Program-made: the position numbers and the translations under genes
Notes under the pieces: generated by a model
Databases searched by the model: none
Told to the model about the DNA's origin: nothing
Seen by the model: only the letters and a program-made list of their open reading frames with translations
Source: Moniliella sp. 'wahieum'
Lineage: Eukaryota
Assembly: GCA_003971905.1 (NCBI GenBank)
Contig: RSEE01000153.1
Location: 62,001 to 117,565, forward strand
DNA: 55,565 nucleotides
Reading direction: 5' to 3'
Part shown: positions 1-12,607 of the stretch, piece by piece
Layout of the letters: every line of letters starts with the position of its first letter
Numbering within the stretch: position 1 is the stretch's first letter

Positions 1-861
1 GGCCGAGAAGCGCTTCTCACATTCGACGCAGCTAATGAAAACGCACAACCCTCTCTCTGCCAGATGGTACACTCTATCAGTAGTTTAGACTGCGCCACCG
101 GCGGTCAGACAGACGGTCAGAGGAGCGGGTCAGGGGCCAAGGCTACCATGCATGATGGGAGTTTGCAATTTCAGCACCGGTGCAACATATATGGTGCACT
201 CCGCATGATGCATGTGACGTATGATAAGCGATAATCGATAAGAGATCGATAAGACCGATGATCGATGGGCTGTTAATTACTGGATGTGTGAGTGATGGAA
301 CTGGATGAGTGTGTTGAGTCACTGGGTGACTCGTCGTGTGTTATGCATGTTATCATGCATGTTACCAGTTACTAGTTACTTCAGTCCCTCCTCAGGCTGA
401 GGCCTCAGGCCACCTCAGGCGTAGGAATTCCATTGGCTTCTCGCCTCTGCTTCCTTATTCCGCATCAGCGCATCAGCCTGCCTGCCTATTATAGCTTCCG
501 GGCAGCGACTGCTGGCTGCTTGCTGTACCTCTGTAGGTGTTTTGTTGCTTGGCTTTGGCCACCACCACAAATGCGATTGCATCACCGTCGAGGGCCATCA
601 CATGTCACAGGATCCCAGGTCTCAACAGAGTGGGAAGTGAGCGAGTTCTCGGCCTCCGCCTTTGCCCCAGCAGTCTGAGGAGTGTAGGGGACACGACGAG
701 GTAATCGTGTTCGGATGCAGACGCGGACAGAAGGTGAAAACAGATGGGGGTGACCGGTGACCGATCAAGCTTGAAGCTCTTGAAGAGAAGAAAAAGGGCA
801 ACCCACACCGAACCAGGAACACCCGGAACACAGCGCAGCACCCGTGTCTCACAGCCGGGAC

Positions 862-1022
862 TAAAAGGCGAGGGAGACCAGAGGCGGGACTAGGCCAGGG
901 GATGTAGCAATTGTTCGTGGGGAAGAAGCAAGAGCAGAGGACATGGTGCGAAGCGAAGAACAGGCAAGGAGCGAGACGCTCGGGACGAAGAAATTGGAAA
1001 TTTGAACGAGACCAGCCAAACT
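862..1022. repeat. Dispersed ~160-bp repeat, copy 1 (direct copy at ~19943-20102)
   Basis: Collinear shared blocks: GGACTAGGCCA, TGTAGCAAT.GTTCGTGGG, ATGGTGCGAAG, GGAGCGAGACGCTCG.GACGAAGAAATTGGAAAT, CAGCCAAACT. Confidence 0.85.
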
Positions 1023-2944
1023 AAGAGACCGTGCTCGTCTCCGCACAAATCGGTTGTACGGTATGCCTGTTGTGTTGTACAGTGCATCGGACAGCTGAGA
1101 CGTGACGCGTGATACTCCACGTGGTTTGTTTTGAGAGCGCGGAATTTGATCATTCTTGGCCCCCGTTCCTCTGAGATCTGAGCGCCTGAGCTCCGCGGTC
1201 TAGGTTTGAAATTGAGCAAGCTTAGAGTATCATGCATCACTAACCACAGGTCACCGGACAGAGGTAACCAGTAAGTAGCTTGCCATCATGGATCACGCCT
1301 CACGGCCTTCGACCGCCCGATCTTTTTTAGGGCCTGAGCCTGAGCCTGAGACCTGAGGCTCAGGTCTGGGGTAGTGGTGCTGTGCGGTGTGTATAGTGCT
1401 CAACAGCTGAGCCTGGGCCAGAGCGCTCACGCGCTCACGCGTCACGCGTCACGACGACCCATCCCGCGGTCCCGACGCTTCGATCTTTTTGCGGGGGGGG
1501 GAGGCCCAGGGCGTTGGCTGACGCGCTGACGTGCTTTGCAGTCCGCAGCGTTCAAACCCAAGTTGAGGCCGTTCTGAATTCTAGTTACTAGTTAGGGCTG
1601 TTAGGGCTTAGCTGAAAGCGCCGAAACCAGCTCGAAACTTTTCCAGGCACGACCGCCAACTTGTAAACACCAGCCAGCGGAAGAAAAACGGCGTAACCCC
1701 GACTGGAAAGCGCAAGGTGCGCAAGTGCTAACCAGCAAGAGGCTAACCAGCAAGAGCACGCCTTCCAACAGTGCTCATGCATCATGCATCCTGAACGCAT
1801 AGGCTGCTCTCCAGTGCCTGAGGAAACTTGGGTGGATCCATTGAATGTAGGCCTCAGCGCCTCAGCGCCTCAGGACCAAGGGAGCCTCTTGCGGCCGAGG
1901 CTCTTGGTCTTGGCAGCACAGGGTCGCAGCGGGGGATTCTGGCCACCATTTGGCCGCGCTCGCCTGATTCGCCGCCACCTCCGGATAGTCGTGTGTTGCA
2001 GCCAGGAAACGCCCCGGAGCAGTACAGAAGCATTCATCACACACACTGCGCTAATGCATGATGCAGGGCGTTGGCCTAGCCCCGCTTGCCCACCGATCAT
2101 CGATCATCGAACGGAGTCACCAGCTACTTCTTCTGCTTTTCGCTCTGCCGTAGTTCTGTCCCGGCCGAGCAGAGGTGCGCGAAGGCACGGATGTGTGATG
2201 CATATAACACGGCACGCGTCACGGTGGCATGCGACATGTGCTATGGGATCCCACTAGCACTGCCCCCTCCTTCGCTTGACAAGCATGACGCGTGACGCGT
2301 GCCGTGCGCACAGGGGGAATATTCGATCATGTCGACTACGTATCATCCATCGTGGCACGCGATCGCATGCGAAGAGCACACGGCAGGAACCAGGGCACTG
2401 TGGAGCTGCGCGCTGGTTGCTGCGGCGGCTGCATGTCCCATCCGCAGAGGGCAACTGGCCATGCACACCAGCGAACCGTGGCTGGGGAGCACTGATACCG
2501 CGCGGGCACCAGCGCAGTGTGGTTCGTATCGCTCGTTCCTGCCTCACATGCACTGTCACCATGTCACCCTCAGGCCGGCAGGCCGTATGCGTCACGTGTG
2601 ACCCGCACCAGCGCGCTCTCTCGAGATTCGACCCAACTGCAGCAGCGGATGGACGCGGACAACACTGGCGCCGTGCGGGGCTCCGTGCTAGACACGCGGC
2701 TATCTCTTCGCGGGAAAAACCACATGCTCGGCGAGGTGCAGCCTCGAGAGTGGCGCCGTGCGGGAGGTGCCGACGCTGGGAAGACGGGCTGGCCAAAGCG
2801 CCAAGCCCTGGCTCTGCGTCTGCATGTGGCCTCCTCCTGCGTCCAGCTGCCCCGGGTGGAGGCACCGCAAAACCCTCTTCACAGCAGGCTGTGCCGAGTA
2901 CAAAAGCCAGCAGCAGCATCGCCGACGTCTGTCTTCTTATCGCC

Positions 2945-5026
2945 ATGCCAACGCTGACCGTACGTGCTAGGTCCCTTGCCTCCTCTCTGTGCTGACTCCC
3001 TCCCCCCCATCCAGTGGCTGCCGACGACCAGCTGGCGTACGCCCACGTGGCGCCCACCGTTCCGTGTCCGACTCCGTCGTGCCTGCTGATGTCCACGACG
3101 ATGTGTCTGCCGATGAGAAAAAGGGACTTCCCCTCGACCAAGAGGCGTCTGCCATCGAATACGCTCCCTCGGACGACGAGGCGGCCCACATGCCGACCCA
3201 GGAGGAGATTGATCCCTCCGTCGCCTCCCCGCCCCCGTCCTTGGCGGGCGTATGGTGTTGCCATGTGCGAGTTGGCCGAGCGCTTCTCGTACTACGGTGT
3301 GTCCAACGCCTTCACCAACTTTATCCAGCAGCCCCGGCCAGCCTACAGCGTTGGTGGTCGTACCGGTGCCAACCGCACGTCGGACGGTGTAACGGGTGCC
3401 CTCAACAAGGGACAGCGAGCTGCGTTTGGTATCACCACCTTCAACTCGTTCTGGGTGTACTGCATGCCTCTTCTCGGTGCTTACCTCGCCGACTCATACT
3501 GGGGCCGGTTTAACACGATTCTCATCGCCCTCTGCATTGCCACCGTGGGCCACATTATCCTGATTGGTACGTGCGGTTTATCTCTGCTGCTTGATGGACG
3601 ACATTGTTGGCTAACTTCCCTCCTCTTTTTAGTCAGTGCCTTGCCTCCCGTCATGGACAACCCCAACGGTGCCTATGCGTGCCTGATTATTGCCATTGTT
3701 GTGTTGGTGTCGGTACCGGTTGGTTCAAATCTTCGGTCAGTCCTCTGATCGCCGAGCAGGTTACTGCGACCAAGATGCAGGTCACCACGCTGCCCAAGAC
3801 CGGCGAGCGGGTCATCATTGACCCCAACCTGACCCTCGGCCGCCTGTTCATGTACTTCTACTTGTTCATCAACATTGGTGCCCTGGTCGGTCAGATTGGC
3901 ATGGCCTACTCGGAGAAATATGTCGGTTTCTGGCTCGAGTACACCTTGCCCACCATTGTGTTCCTTACCTGCTTCCCCATTCTGTTGCTGTGGCGCAACA
4001 AGTACGTGCGTACCCCGCCTGCCGGCTCCCTTATGCCCTCGGCGGTACGCATCCTTTGGTTCTGCACCAAGCCGTGCCTCACTTGGAATCCGGTCCGGAT
4101 CTACAAGAACATGAAGGCGGATGACTTCTGGGACTATGCCCTTCCCAGCCGCTTCCCCCGAGACGCGCCCTCACTGGATGACCTTTGACGGTGTGGGTTA
4201 TGGAGGTGCGGCGTGCGTACAAGGCGTGCCAAGTGTTCTGTCTCTTGCCCATCTACCAGCTTGCATACAACCAAATGACCTCCAACCTCCTCTCCCAGGC
4301 GGCCACCATGCAGCTGCACGGTGTGCCCAACTCGATTGTCCAGAACTTGGACAGTCTCGCTATCTTGATTCTGGTTCCGATCCTCGATTACGGCCTGTAC
4401 CCTATGCTCCGTCGCATGGGCTTGCGTATCTCGGCCCTGCAACGCATTGCGGTTGGGTTCCAGGTCGCTTCGCTGGCCATGGTCTACGCTGCGGTGACGC
4501 AACACTTTATCTACAAGAAGTCGGCTTGCGGCTACTACGCCGGCATGCGACACCAAGGCGCCGATCAATGTATGGCAGCAGGCTGGCGCCTACATTCTGA
4601 TCGCTACGTCGGAGCTGTTGGTGAATGTGCCGTCGTACGAGTATGCGTTCAACAAGGCCCCCAAGAACATGAAGTCATTTGTCATGGCTGTCCAACTGTT
4701 CATGTCGGCCGTCAGCTCGGCGTTGGGTGAGGCCTTCAACCCCATCAGCCAAGACCCCAAGCTGGTGGAGAACTACGCGATTGTCAGTGGCTTGTGCTGC
4801 GGTGGTGGTATTGTGTTCTGGTTGCGTACGTTGTCTGTCTCCGATCTGTCTGGTCTGTTGACACTGAAAACTGACCTTTGTTCTTGCTTGCTTAGTATTC
4901 TACAAGCTGGACCGCCAAGAGGAGAACCTCAACAACCTCGATCGCGAGGCGGAGCGTGTCAAAGAGCACCTCGAGCCACACCACGACGCACCGGCCGTGG
5001 AGGCTACGCCCGTATCGGAGAAGTGA
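2945..5026 (+). CDS. PTR2: POT/PTR2-family di/tripeptide transporter; introns ~2960-3014, 3567-3632, 4826-4895; several apparent indels
   Basis: ELAERFSYYG (ExxERFxYY), LGAYLADSYWGRFNTI, GTGWFKSSVSPLIAEQ, FYLFINIGAL (PTR2 signature), EYAFNKAPKNMKS; GTACGT..YAG introns; stop TGA at 5024-5026. Confidence 0.92.
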
Positions 5027-6196
5027 GGGGAGCACTTGCGCCTTCGCCTTGTCCCCCTTCCTACTTGTACCCTCATTTATGCGCCGACCTCGATTTTTGC
5101 CGTGCTTGGGTTGCCACTGTGGTGGCGTGTTAAGGAATGACGTGAATGATGGTCCTACCCGCTGACGATCTTTCGGTTTGGGACACATGTCTTTCAGTCC
5201 CTTTTCCCCTTACTACACTGTATGTACTACTTGTTACCACGAAACTGCGTAAATATCTTTTCTGTGCATAGTTGCTAGCCTTTGTACTGCAACCTCAACT
5301 AAAGCTGTGCCTGCGTCATCGACTTGGTGATTGACGGTGGATCATTCACGTTCTGATGTGCCAAACAAATACTAGATGAATATCGCATGTGCCTCACTTG
5401 CATTTTGCCCATTCTCTCCCGTGCCAAATTGCGCATCTCAACATTCGCCGAATCACTTTCAGGAGCGCGGACGTTACGAGGCGATGAGAATGGTTGAGCC
5501 AATATTCATGTGAGGTCTCGTAGATCACTCGATATGCCATGAGGCATATATTGCAGGACTACCCACTATCAGATCGTTCGAGTTGAGGTGAGCTCTCCAC
5601 CTCCACGGTGTGGTTTGTCCCTTGTTGGCAGTGTGGCTACAGACGGTTTCACCCTTGAAGATCCCCCCCCTGTAGCCTGCGTCTATTGTTGATCTGATCG
5701 GATATGAAAACGACGACTGCAGTGGCCACCCCAAAGCAGATAGAGAGGTAACCGGTAATTATATAACAATTATAGTAGCTTACTGCTAATCAACTATACA
5801 CATCAAGTCACTACTAAAGAGGATTTGCTGAATTCATCCGGAGAGAGGACGACTCAATTCAATCCGAGAACGCCACGGTAGGAGAAAGGGGTGACAGGAG
5901 AACCGAACGAAAAGGAACCGGTTCGAGAAAACATGGCATCCGACAGGGTCGGATGCGTCCGGCAGTTGACCGGATGAACCAAATGATTTGGTCGGTGTAT
6001 GCTCCAAAAATGGCGCAGATGAAGAGTAGGACGATAAACCCTAAGGCAGGGCCGAGGGAGCGATGTGCTCGACTTCGTTAAATCTTTCCTTCGGATCGCT
6101 CATCAGGAGAGGGGGTCCACTCCCCACATGTTGCCAACCCATTTGTTGGCGTGGGGTACACAATAGGAGTGTTGGACATCTTTTCCTTCCATACAC

Positions 6197-8013
6197 TCAA
6201 CGCCCCCAATGAATGCTGTATCTGTGGCGTTGGGGCGCTGGGCCGAGCGAACCGGGCCTGGGCGCTGATCCAAAACAAAAGTTCAAGTAAAAGTAAGCCG
6301 GGTAGCAGTTACTGCGGCAGGTGAATGTTGCGTGGGTAGTCCGTGCCGCTTTGGAGGTCAAAGAACGGTGCTTCAAAGCCTCCTGGACCGAGATGCGCAG
6401 ACTGGGGTCGGGCTCGAGAAGTTGATCGACAAGGTCCCGGAAGCAAACGTCGTAGGTCATGTACTTCGCTTCGTTCTGGTGGTACGGGTACCGAGAAAGT
6501 GGGGTGGAGGGGATCGTCTTGGTGGTGCGCACAGTGCCATCGGGGAAGAAGAGCTGCTGACGATTGTCGGCGGGAAGGTTGGCCAGCAGGCTGTTGGGCA
6601 TCACACCGAGCGCGCTCTGCATCTGCGCCAAGAGGAGTGTGTCGCTGGCCTCAAAGGCGTGCTTCTGCTTTGTACTGGTTGTACGCCTCCGGCGTTGGCC
6701 AAACATCGCGCTGATGGGGTCCAAATGGCAGCTTGCCCGTCATCAGCTGCAGCATCACACCCAGCTGCCCACATGTCGAGGGGAGCCGACCAGGCGTGGG
6801 TGCCAAGCAGAGCCTCGGGTGGAAGGTAGGCCTTGGGAAGCGCACTCGGTTTGGTGCTGGGGCGAATGCGGATGTTACCCGCACCAGTCATATGGACCAT
6901 TGGCGAAGAGAGGAACGGAACCACCTCGCCATTCTTGGAGGGATTGGGGATGAGAGCGGCGGCGGTGCTGTCGAACCGAATGTGTTCTGCGGTCAGATTG
7001 CCATGGACAAAACCCTGGTCATGAAGGGAGGGCTAGAAAGAGCAGGAGTTGCTTCATGATGGCCTGGATGTGCTCCAGTGGGAGCCCACGTCCGTGGAGG
7101 TCATGCTTGATAAAGCGGTCGAGCGTGCAAGCCTTGTTGTCAAACACGATGCAAAGGCGGTCGTGGTTGTAGAGAAACACCTCGCGCACGTGCACCCAGC
7201 CAATGACGTCCGGCTTCATGGCCCCCACTGCATGCAGGATCCGTGCCTGGCGCATACTCTCGGCACGCATGTCCGTAGCGGTGTGGCTGACATTGATCAC
7301 CATCTCTTGGTTGGTGACCATATCGTGGGCCAGCATTGCATGTCCATAGGGGGTCTTGCCACGGTCCCCGGTAATGATGTATCGCTGCGCCAGAAGATAG
7401 GCGCAGCGGTCGCTCCGAGAAAAGCGGAGGACGGGGCCAATGACTTGGGTGCCACCAATGCTGGCGAGATTATCCAGTTCCACTGGATCGGCTTGCACCT
7501 GGTCGGCAACAGAAGGCTGCACGTGAAGTTCAGGGTTAGCTTCCACGTTGTGGGTGCATATAGGGGAGAGAGGACGTACGCTTGGATTTTCATTGGGATA
7601 GGGTGAGAAATAATGGGTGGTATTGTGGTTTTCAGCGATGCGAGCATGCTTCACTTGGTGCCGTTTGGGTGCCGGTGTGCCAAAGTGGCAAAGACGTTCT
7701 CATTCGCGCGCTTTCGCAGCACGGGAGGGGGCGTAGTGGCGGGTACAACCGTGGAAGCGGTGGCAATGGCGGCAGGTGGTGCTGCTGCGCCACCAGGCGT
7801 CCGATGAGGAACAGCGCCGGTGGCATGGCGCCGGCGTGGCAGATTGCAAATCGGCCGGGGCATCGGAACGGAGCGGGGACGGCGCAGGGAGAGCAGTGGG
7901 GAGCAATGGCGCCGCGGCCGCCGGGCGTGGGAGGGAAGGGATAAGGCAAGGACGGAGGAGGGTGCTGGCTTTGTGCCCCTTGTGCGGGAGGGCCTGCTTG
8001 AGGCGTGGGCCAA
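6197..8013 (-). CDS. CMGC (CLK/LAMMER-like) kinase-fold protein lacking the catalytic residues (pseudokinase); frameshifted, start uncertain
   Basis: Subdomains in order across frames: YIITGDRGKTPYG, MVINVS, FLYNHDRLCIVFD, LPLEHIQAIMKQLL, LHDQGFVHGNLTAEHI, HMTGAG, YLPPEALLG..WSAPLDMWAAG, FRDLVDQLLEPDPSLRISVQEALKH. Confidence 0.75.
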
Positions 8014-8650
8014 GCTGGCCGACGCGCGGGCGGCGGGAGAAGGCAGACGACTTGAGCGGGGTCATTGCAGATGCTGTGTTTCGTTTGCCGGCGTCGCAGG
8101 AATGAAGGCAGGCGGTGGTGGGGAAAGAAGAGGGCCAGATGGCGGCGTGCAGGCCTTTTATGCGGCCATCAGGGAGGGAGCGGCGTGGTCGAGGCTCAGG
8201 CGCTCAGGTGCCCTCGGAGCACTGCTGGGCCCGCCTGGGCACAGCGCCAGTGCCTGGCATGCGAGGCGTACTTTAGGCGCACACAGTGACGCTGTGCGGC
8301 CAGTTTGGGCTGGTGGGGTGGCGGCAGGGGGGCAGTGCGTGCGCGGATTGTTGATGTATGATGCATGATGTATGGATGATAGGCGATCGATAGGCGGGGC
8401 CCCATTGAAATATCAGTAGGTGTGATGCATGCGATTTGTCTCATTTTTGTACCAGTTGACCTGTTGGGATAGCCAGTCCCATTTTTGAGACACATCCTCC
8501 CACTCATATGCCTCCAACATACATCCTCTGCCGCAATGAACGCTTTGCTGTGAGATCTGGGACCGTATGAGCCAGTGACCGAAGGCATTTTTGGCCAAAC
8601 GTACCAGTCACCTCGTGGCTCTAAAAGGCCCAGCCTCTAATCTCTACTCT

Positions 8651-9790
8651 GCGTCCATATCATTGACAGAGCTTAAAGCTGGGACAGGGGGAACGCTACG
8701 TGTAAACCGAACCGTTCATCTTGAGGAGGTTACTTGGAAGCGCCACCAAGGTTAAGGAACCAGGGGGATCGCCAGGATATCAGAACCCTCTGGTTCTCGC
8801 TATCCGGTCCCGTACCTAATAGGTAGCGCGTGTGGACACGGATGAAGGTGGTTACGAGGAACCATTTCCATTGAGGCTGAGTAGCCAAATCCTTCCCATG
8901 CGCAAACATATTGCCCGCTGTCTTGATGCCGTAGTATCCTCGCGTCGTCAAAACTAGGGGGAAAAGCGGATCTTGAGAGTGCGTCCCTGGCACTTGGCGT
9001 TCTTGTCGCATTCTGCTTGTTCCAGCAGCCGAAGCAGCTCCTTTCCCCGCGTTCCAAAGGCGTCGCAGTGCTCTCATGTACCACTCTCTGGTACGCGCTC
9101 TGCGCCTCCAGCGTTCCCGTGTCGCGCAGCATGTGGTCTACCTCCATTCCAGATCCTCCGAGTGCTCCGGGCCACATCACGCGGTAGTCAGTGCGCTGTG
9201 CCCTCCGTCCGCGCTTCGTTCCATCCCCTTCTTCCACAGTAGGTTCGTTGCGGACGTGGGTGTCGGAGATGGAGCGCACGAGCTGGAGAGTGGGCTCCAG
9301 GACTGCCTCATGCAACGCACTAAACTTGGCCTGGGAGCTGGTGCAAGCCATGATGTGCTCCAGCGAGGACATAACGCCGCACTTGTACATGCTGCGCGTG
9401 GAGCGGCACAGCGTGCGGAGCTGGAGACCAACCTGAACCTGCTGGTCAGAGAACTTGAGGCACGGGGCGGACGGAATGACGGAGAGCCAATTGTGGCTCA
9501 GCGGGTTGCTGCGCTCTCAACCACATGGCGACCATCGGCAGCGTCGAGCTTCTGAAGCAGCTCCTGTCGATGACTCTGCTCCCACATCGCCCGGCAACGC
9601 TGGCGTTGTTTCGTAAATGCGTTGGCCGTAGCCGTTTGCGGTCCCGACCGGTCAACATAGGTGGGAATAAGGAAGTCGTTGACCTCGTTGGCCGCGGCAC
9701 GGGCGTGGGGCGCAATATACGAGTAAAGCGGGCTGCCACATCCTCCCATCCGGAGAGGCAGGTATATGATCTCGCTTGTGATGAGTGCTG
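8651..9790 (-). mobile_element. 5'-truncated, degenerate CRE/Cnl1-like non-LTR retrotransposon (end of RT/thumb, Zn knuckle, restriction-like endonuclease, 3' UTR)
   Basis: LPLRMGGCG..IAPHARAAA; NWLSVIPSAPCLKFSDQQVQVGLQLRTL; KCG..LEHIMAC; LHEAV..VRNEP..RTDYRV..MEVD; LLEQAECDKNAKCQG..FPLVLTTRG. This is the motif order of fungal CRE-clade RLE elements. Homologous fragments occur at ~19400 and ~40588. Confidence 0.8.
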
Positions 9791-10029
9791 CGACCCTCAC
9801 GCGCTCACGTGTCACTGTGACATCACACCTGCTCCTCAGCCCGGTGCAATTGTGACATAACCAAACCCTAACTGTCGTTTCACCGCTAGTTCACATTAAA
9901 CTCTTCATAAAGTAGGCATAGCGGCACTGCATGCCGCAGCGCTACCGTAACCCTATTCATTTCCGTCCTCGCCCGATCAGTCCGTGAGGGAACCAGCGGT
10001 TACCACTGCAGCACCACCAAGCCGTCAAG

Positions 10030-10684
10030 ATGGTAAGTCGTCGCTGCAGCGTCAGCACCAGGCATCGCATCCCCGCAGACAGGAAAGATTTGGACTGACA
10101 TGGTTTCCTACTAGGGTGTGGACATCGCCAAGAAGCACGTCAAGAAGGGCAACCGCACTGCCCCCAAGTCGGAGGACCCTTACCTCCTCCTCTTGGTCAA
10201 GCTCTACCGCTATCTTGCCCGCCGCTCGGGCAGCAAGTTCAACAAGGCCATCCTCAAGCGCCTGTATATGAGCAAGGTCAACCGCCCTCCCGTCTCGCTC
10301 TCGCGTCTGATTTACCTGACGCGCAACGCGGGCACGACTGGCGCTGATGCCAAGACTGTCGCTGTGGTGGGCACCATTACCGACGACAACCGCCTTCTCG
10401 AGGTTCCCCGTATCTCGGTTGCCGCCCTGCGCTTCACGAAGACTGCCCGCGCCCGTATCTTGGCTGCTGGCGGTGAAGCCCTGACTTTCGACCAGCTCGC
10501 TCTCCGTGCCCCCACGGGCAAGAACGTGGTGCTTATCCGCGGCCCTAAGAACGCCCGCGAGGCTGTGAAGCACTTTGGCATGGGCCCTCACTCGAACGCG
10601 AAGCCCTATGTTCGTGGTAACGGCAAGTCTCGCAAGCGTGAGATGGCCCGTGGCCGCCGCAAGTCGCGTGGCTTCAAGGTGTAA
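10030..10684 (+). CDS. RPL18: 60S ribosomal protein L18 (eL18); intron 10033-10114 directly after the ATG
   Basis: [38 protein letters not shown]...REAVKHFG...[26 protein letters not shown] intron. Confidence 0.97.
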
Positions 10685-11591
10685 ACTGCCGAGAGGATCA
10701 GTTTTCGTTGATGGCTGTGTGAGGCAAACTAGTGTTGATTTTGTCTTGAACCTTTTGGATGTGCTGCGAGTGGCAGCGTCCACCCCCCTCCCCAAAACTC
10801 TCCATCTTGCCCCGCTAACACGGGACATGATGCTCTTCCACGAGCCGGACTCGGGTCCTGCTCGGTCGGATGCCTCTTATGCTCGCTATGAAAGGGACAG
10901 GGCAAGCTATCAATTGCCTGCTTTGGTCCAGTGCATGCACTTGCGAACCACACCGCCTCCTGGCCGGATCCGTAGACCTTTCCGCGGCTGTTAGCAGGTG
11001 GCTGGTGGAATGCCATGTACACAGGGAATGTAGCGTTGAAAGATTTGGTATAATTGCTTCAGCTCTACATGCTCGTTCTACACTTGGTGGGATACTGTTT
11101 TGTGCAACCGCCTTGTGCTGTTCGGCGGCACGTTCAACAGCTATGAGCGTTGTGACTACTTCGCCTCTCGTGGGGCAGGAGGCAGCCGAGTGCGCACCTG
11201 TGCTCACTAAGGAGTGGCTAGCGGCGTTGGCACTTCTGATAGCACTGTCGCTGGGCCGAGTAGGTGGCGATTCTGGTGACCGACCTTTGTATACCGCGTG
11301 GCAACTGTCTGACCAACAATGTAAGCAGCAGGTAGGCCAGTAGACGGGCCTGCCAGACAGGAGAAACGACATGGCTGTGATGTTGGGTGCTCGGCTCCTG
11401 TGTTTGCCAACAACCAACAGGCAAGGAGGCGGAACGGTGCCGGGCGGAACGCGGGGCAGCGGCATTAATAATTGAAGCAGTGGAGCTGCTCTTCCAGGTC
11501 TGACAGCTATAGTCGCACGGCAGCCAAGCTCGAGGGTGCTCCGCCAACCGCCCAGTCCATCAACTTGCCGGCCTGCCTGTCCATCTCTGTC

Positions 11592-12116
11592 ATGCTGCCG
11601 ACCGTGTCCGTTTCCCGATCGGCTACAAGCGCACTGCGCACTGCGGCTCTTCGTGCGCCCATGGCGGCACGCGTGGCTGCCAGCCGTGTGTCGATGAACA
11701 CCGTTGCGCTCGCCCCTCCACGGCCAATGCTTCTTGCATCAGCGCGCACTGCTCTTCCCCACCGTATCGGCTGCCATGATGGTGCGCTGCTATAGCGATG
11801 CTGGCCCTCCCTCGCGGGAGCAGATTACCGAGCGCATCTTCAACCTTTGCAAGGGTTTGAAAAGGCGGACCACACCAAGATCGCACCCGAATCCTACCTT
11901 GAGGCCGATCTGGGCCTTGATAGCCTCGACGTGATCGATGTTATTATGGAGATGGAGTTTGAGTTTGACCTTGCGATGGAGGACGAGGATGTGCTGATGA
12001 TCGAGACGGTGAAGGACATGATCGACTATGTCGAGTCGGTGCCCAAGGTATGTGTTCTGGTTGCTGTGCGTGGTGGTGGATGGCGTTGACTGACGGGTGG
12101 GTGTGCAGCGCTCTGA
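11592..12116 (+). CDS. Mitochondrial acyl carrier protein (divergent); two apparent indels, intron ~12048-12108, end approximate
   Basis: Arg/Ala/Ser-rich presequence, then ADLGLDSLDVIDVIMEMEFEFD..IETVKDMIDYV (phosphopantetheine GxDSL motif). Confidence 0.8.
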
Positions 12117-12607
12117 GGCGGCAAAACGGACAGGCCTGGTCTCGGCCGCAATGATAAGCTTATCCCAGTTCAAGCTGTCAATGTACTAGCATGTGTTCTT
12201 CTGCATCGACAGCGACAGGCACGCATCCCACTGGGGCCACCCTTTCCTACCCGCACGCGTGGCATACAGCGACGACTGCACACACACATAGCACCCTCGC
12301 CCTCCATCATTGTCCATGCCGACCTGCCCTTCGACGGCCCGACGGCTGGCGCCAGCAGCGGCACGGCCATGTCGAGGGGGCGAATGGACCCCACATGAGC
12401 CTCAAGCCTCAAGCACTCATGCGCTCCCTCCAACCCCACGTGAAATATTGAACGGGAGCGACGCCCGGAATTTGGGCGGGGGCGGAACGGGGTTGAGAAG
12501 ATCCGGCGTTTCCCGAGCACAAGAAAGTGGCGCGGACTGCCTCGCCTTCTCCTTCCACACCTCCCGCCCGCCCGGCCTCGCCTGCCTGCTCGCTTGTGTT
12601 GGACGCC

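Noticed and set aside
1592..1611. Telomeric TTAGGG repeats (also 9863-9872 and ~17950)
   Set aside because: Only one or two units each; insufficient for an interstitial telomere call.
10815..11547. Possible gene between RPL18 and ACP
   Set aside because: Overlapping ORFs on both strands with no motif or consistent splice structure I could support.
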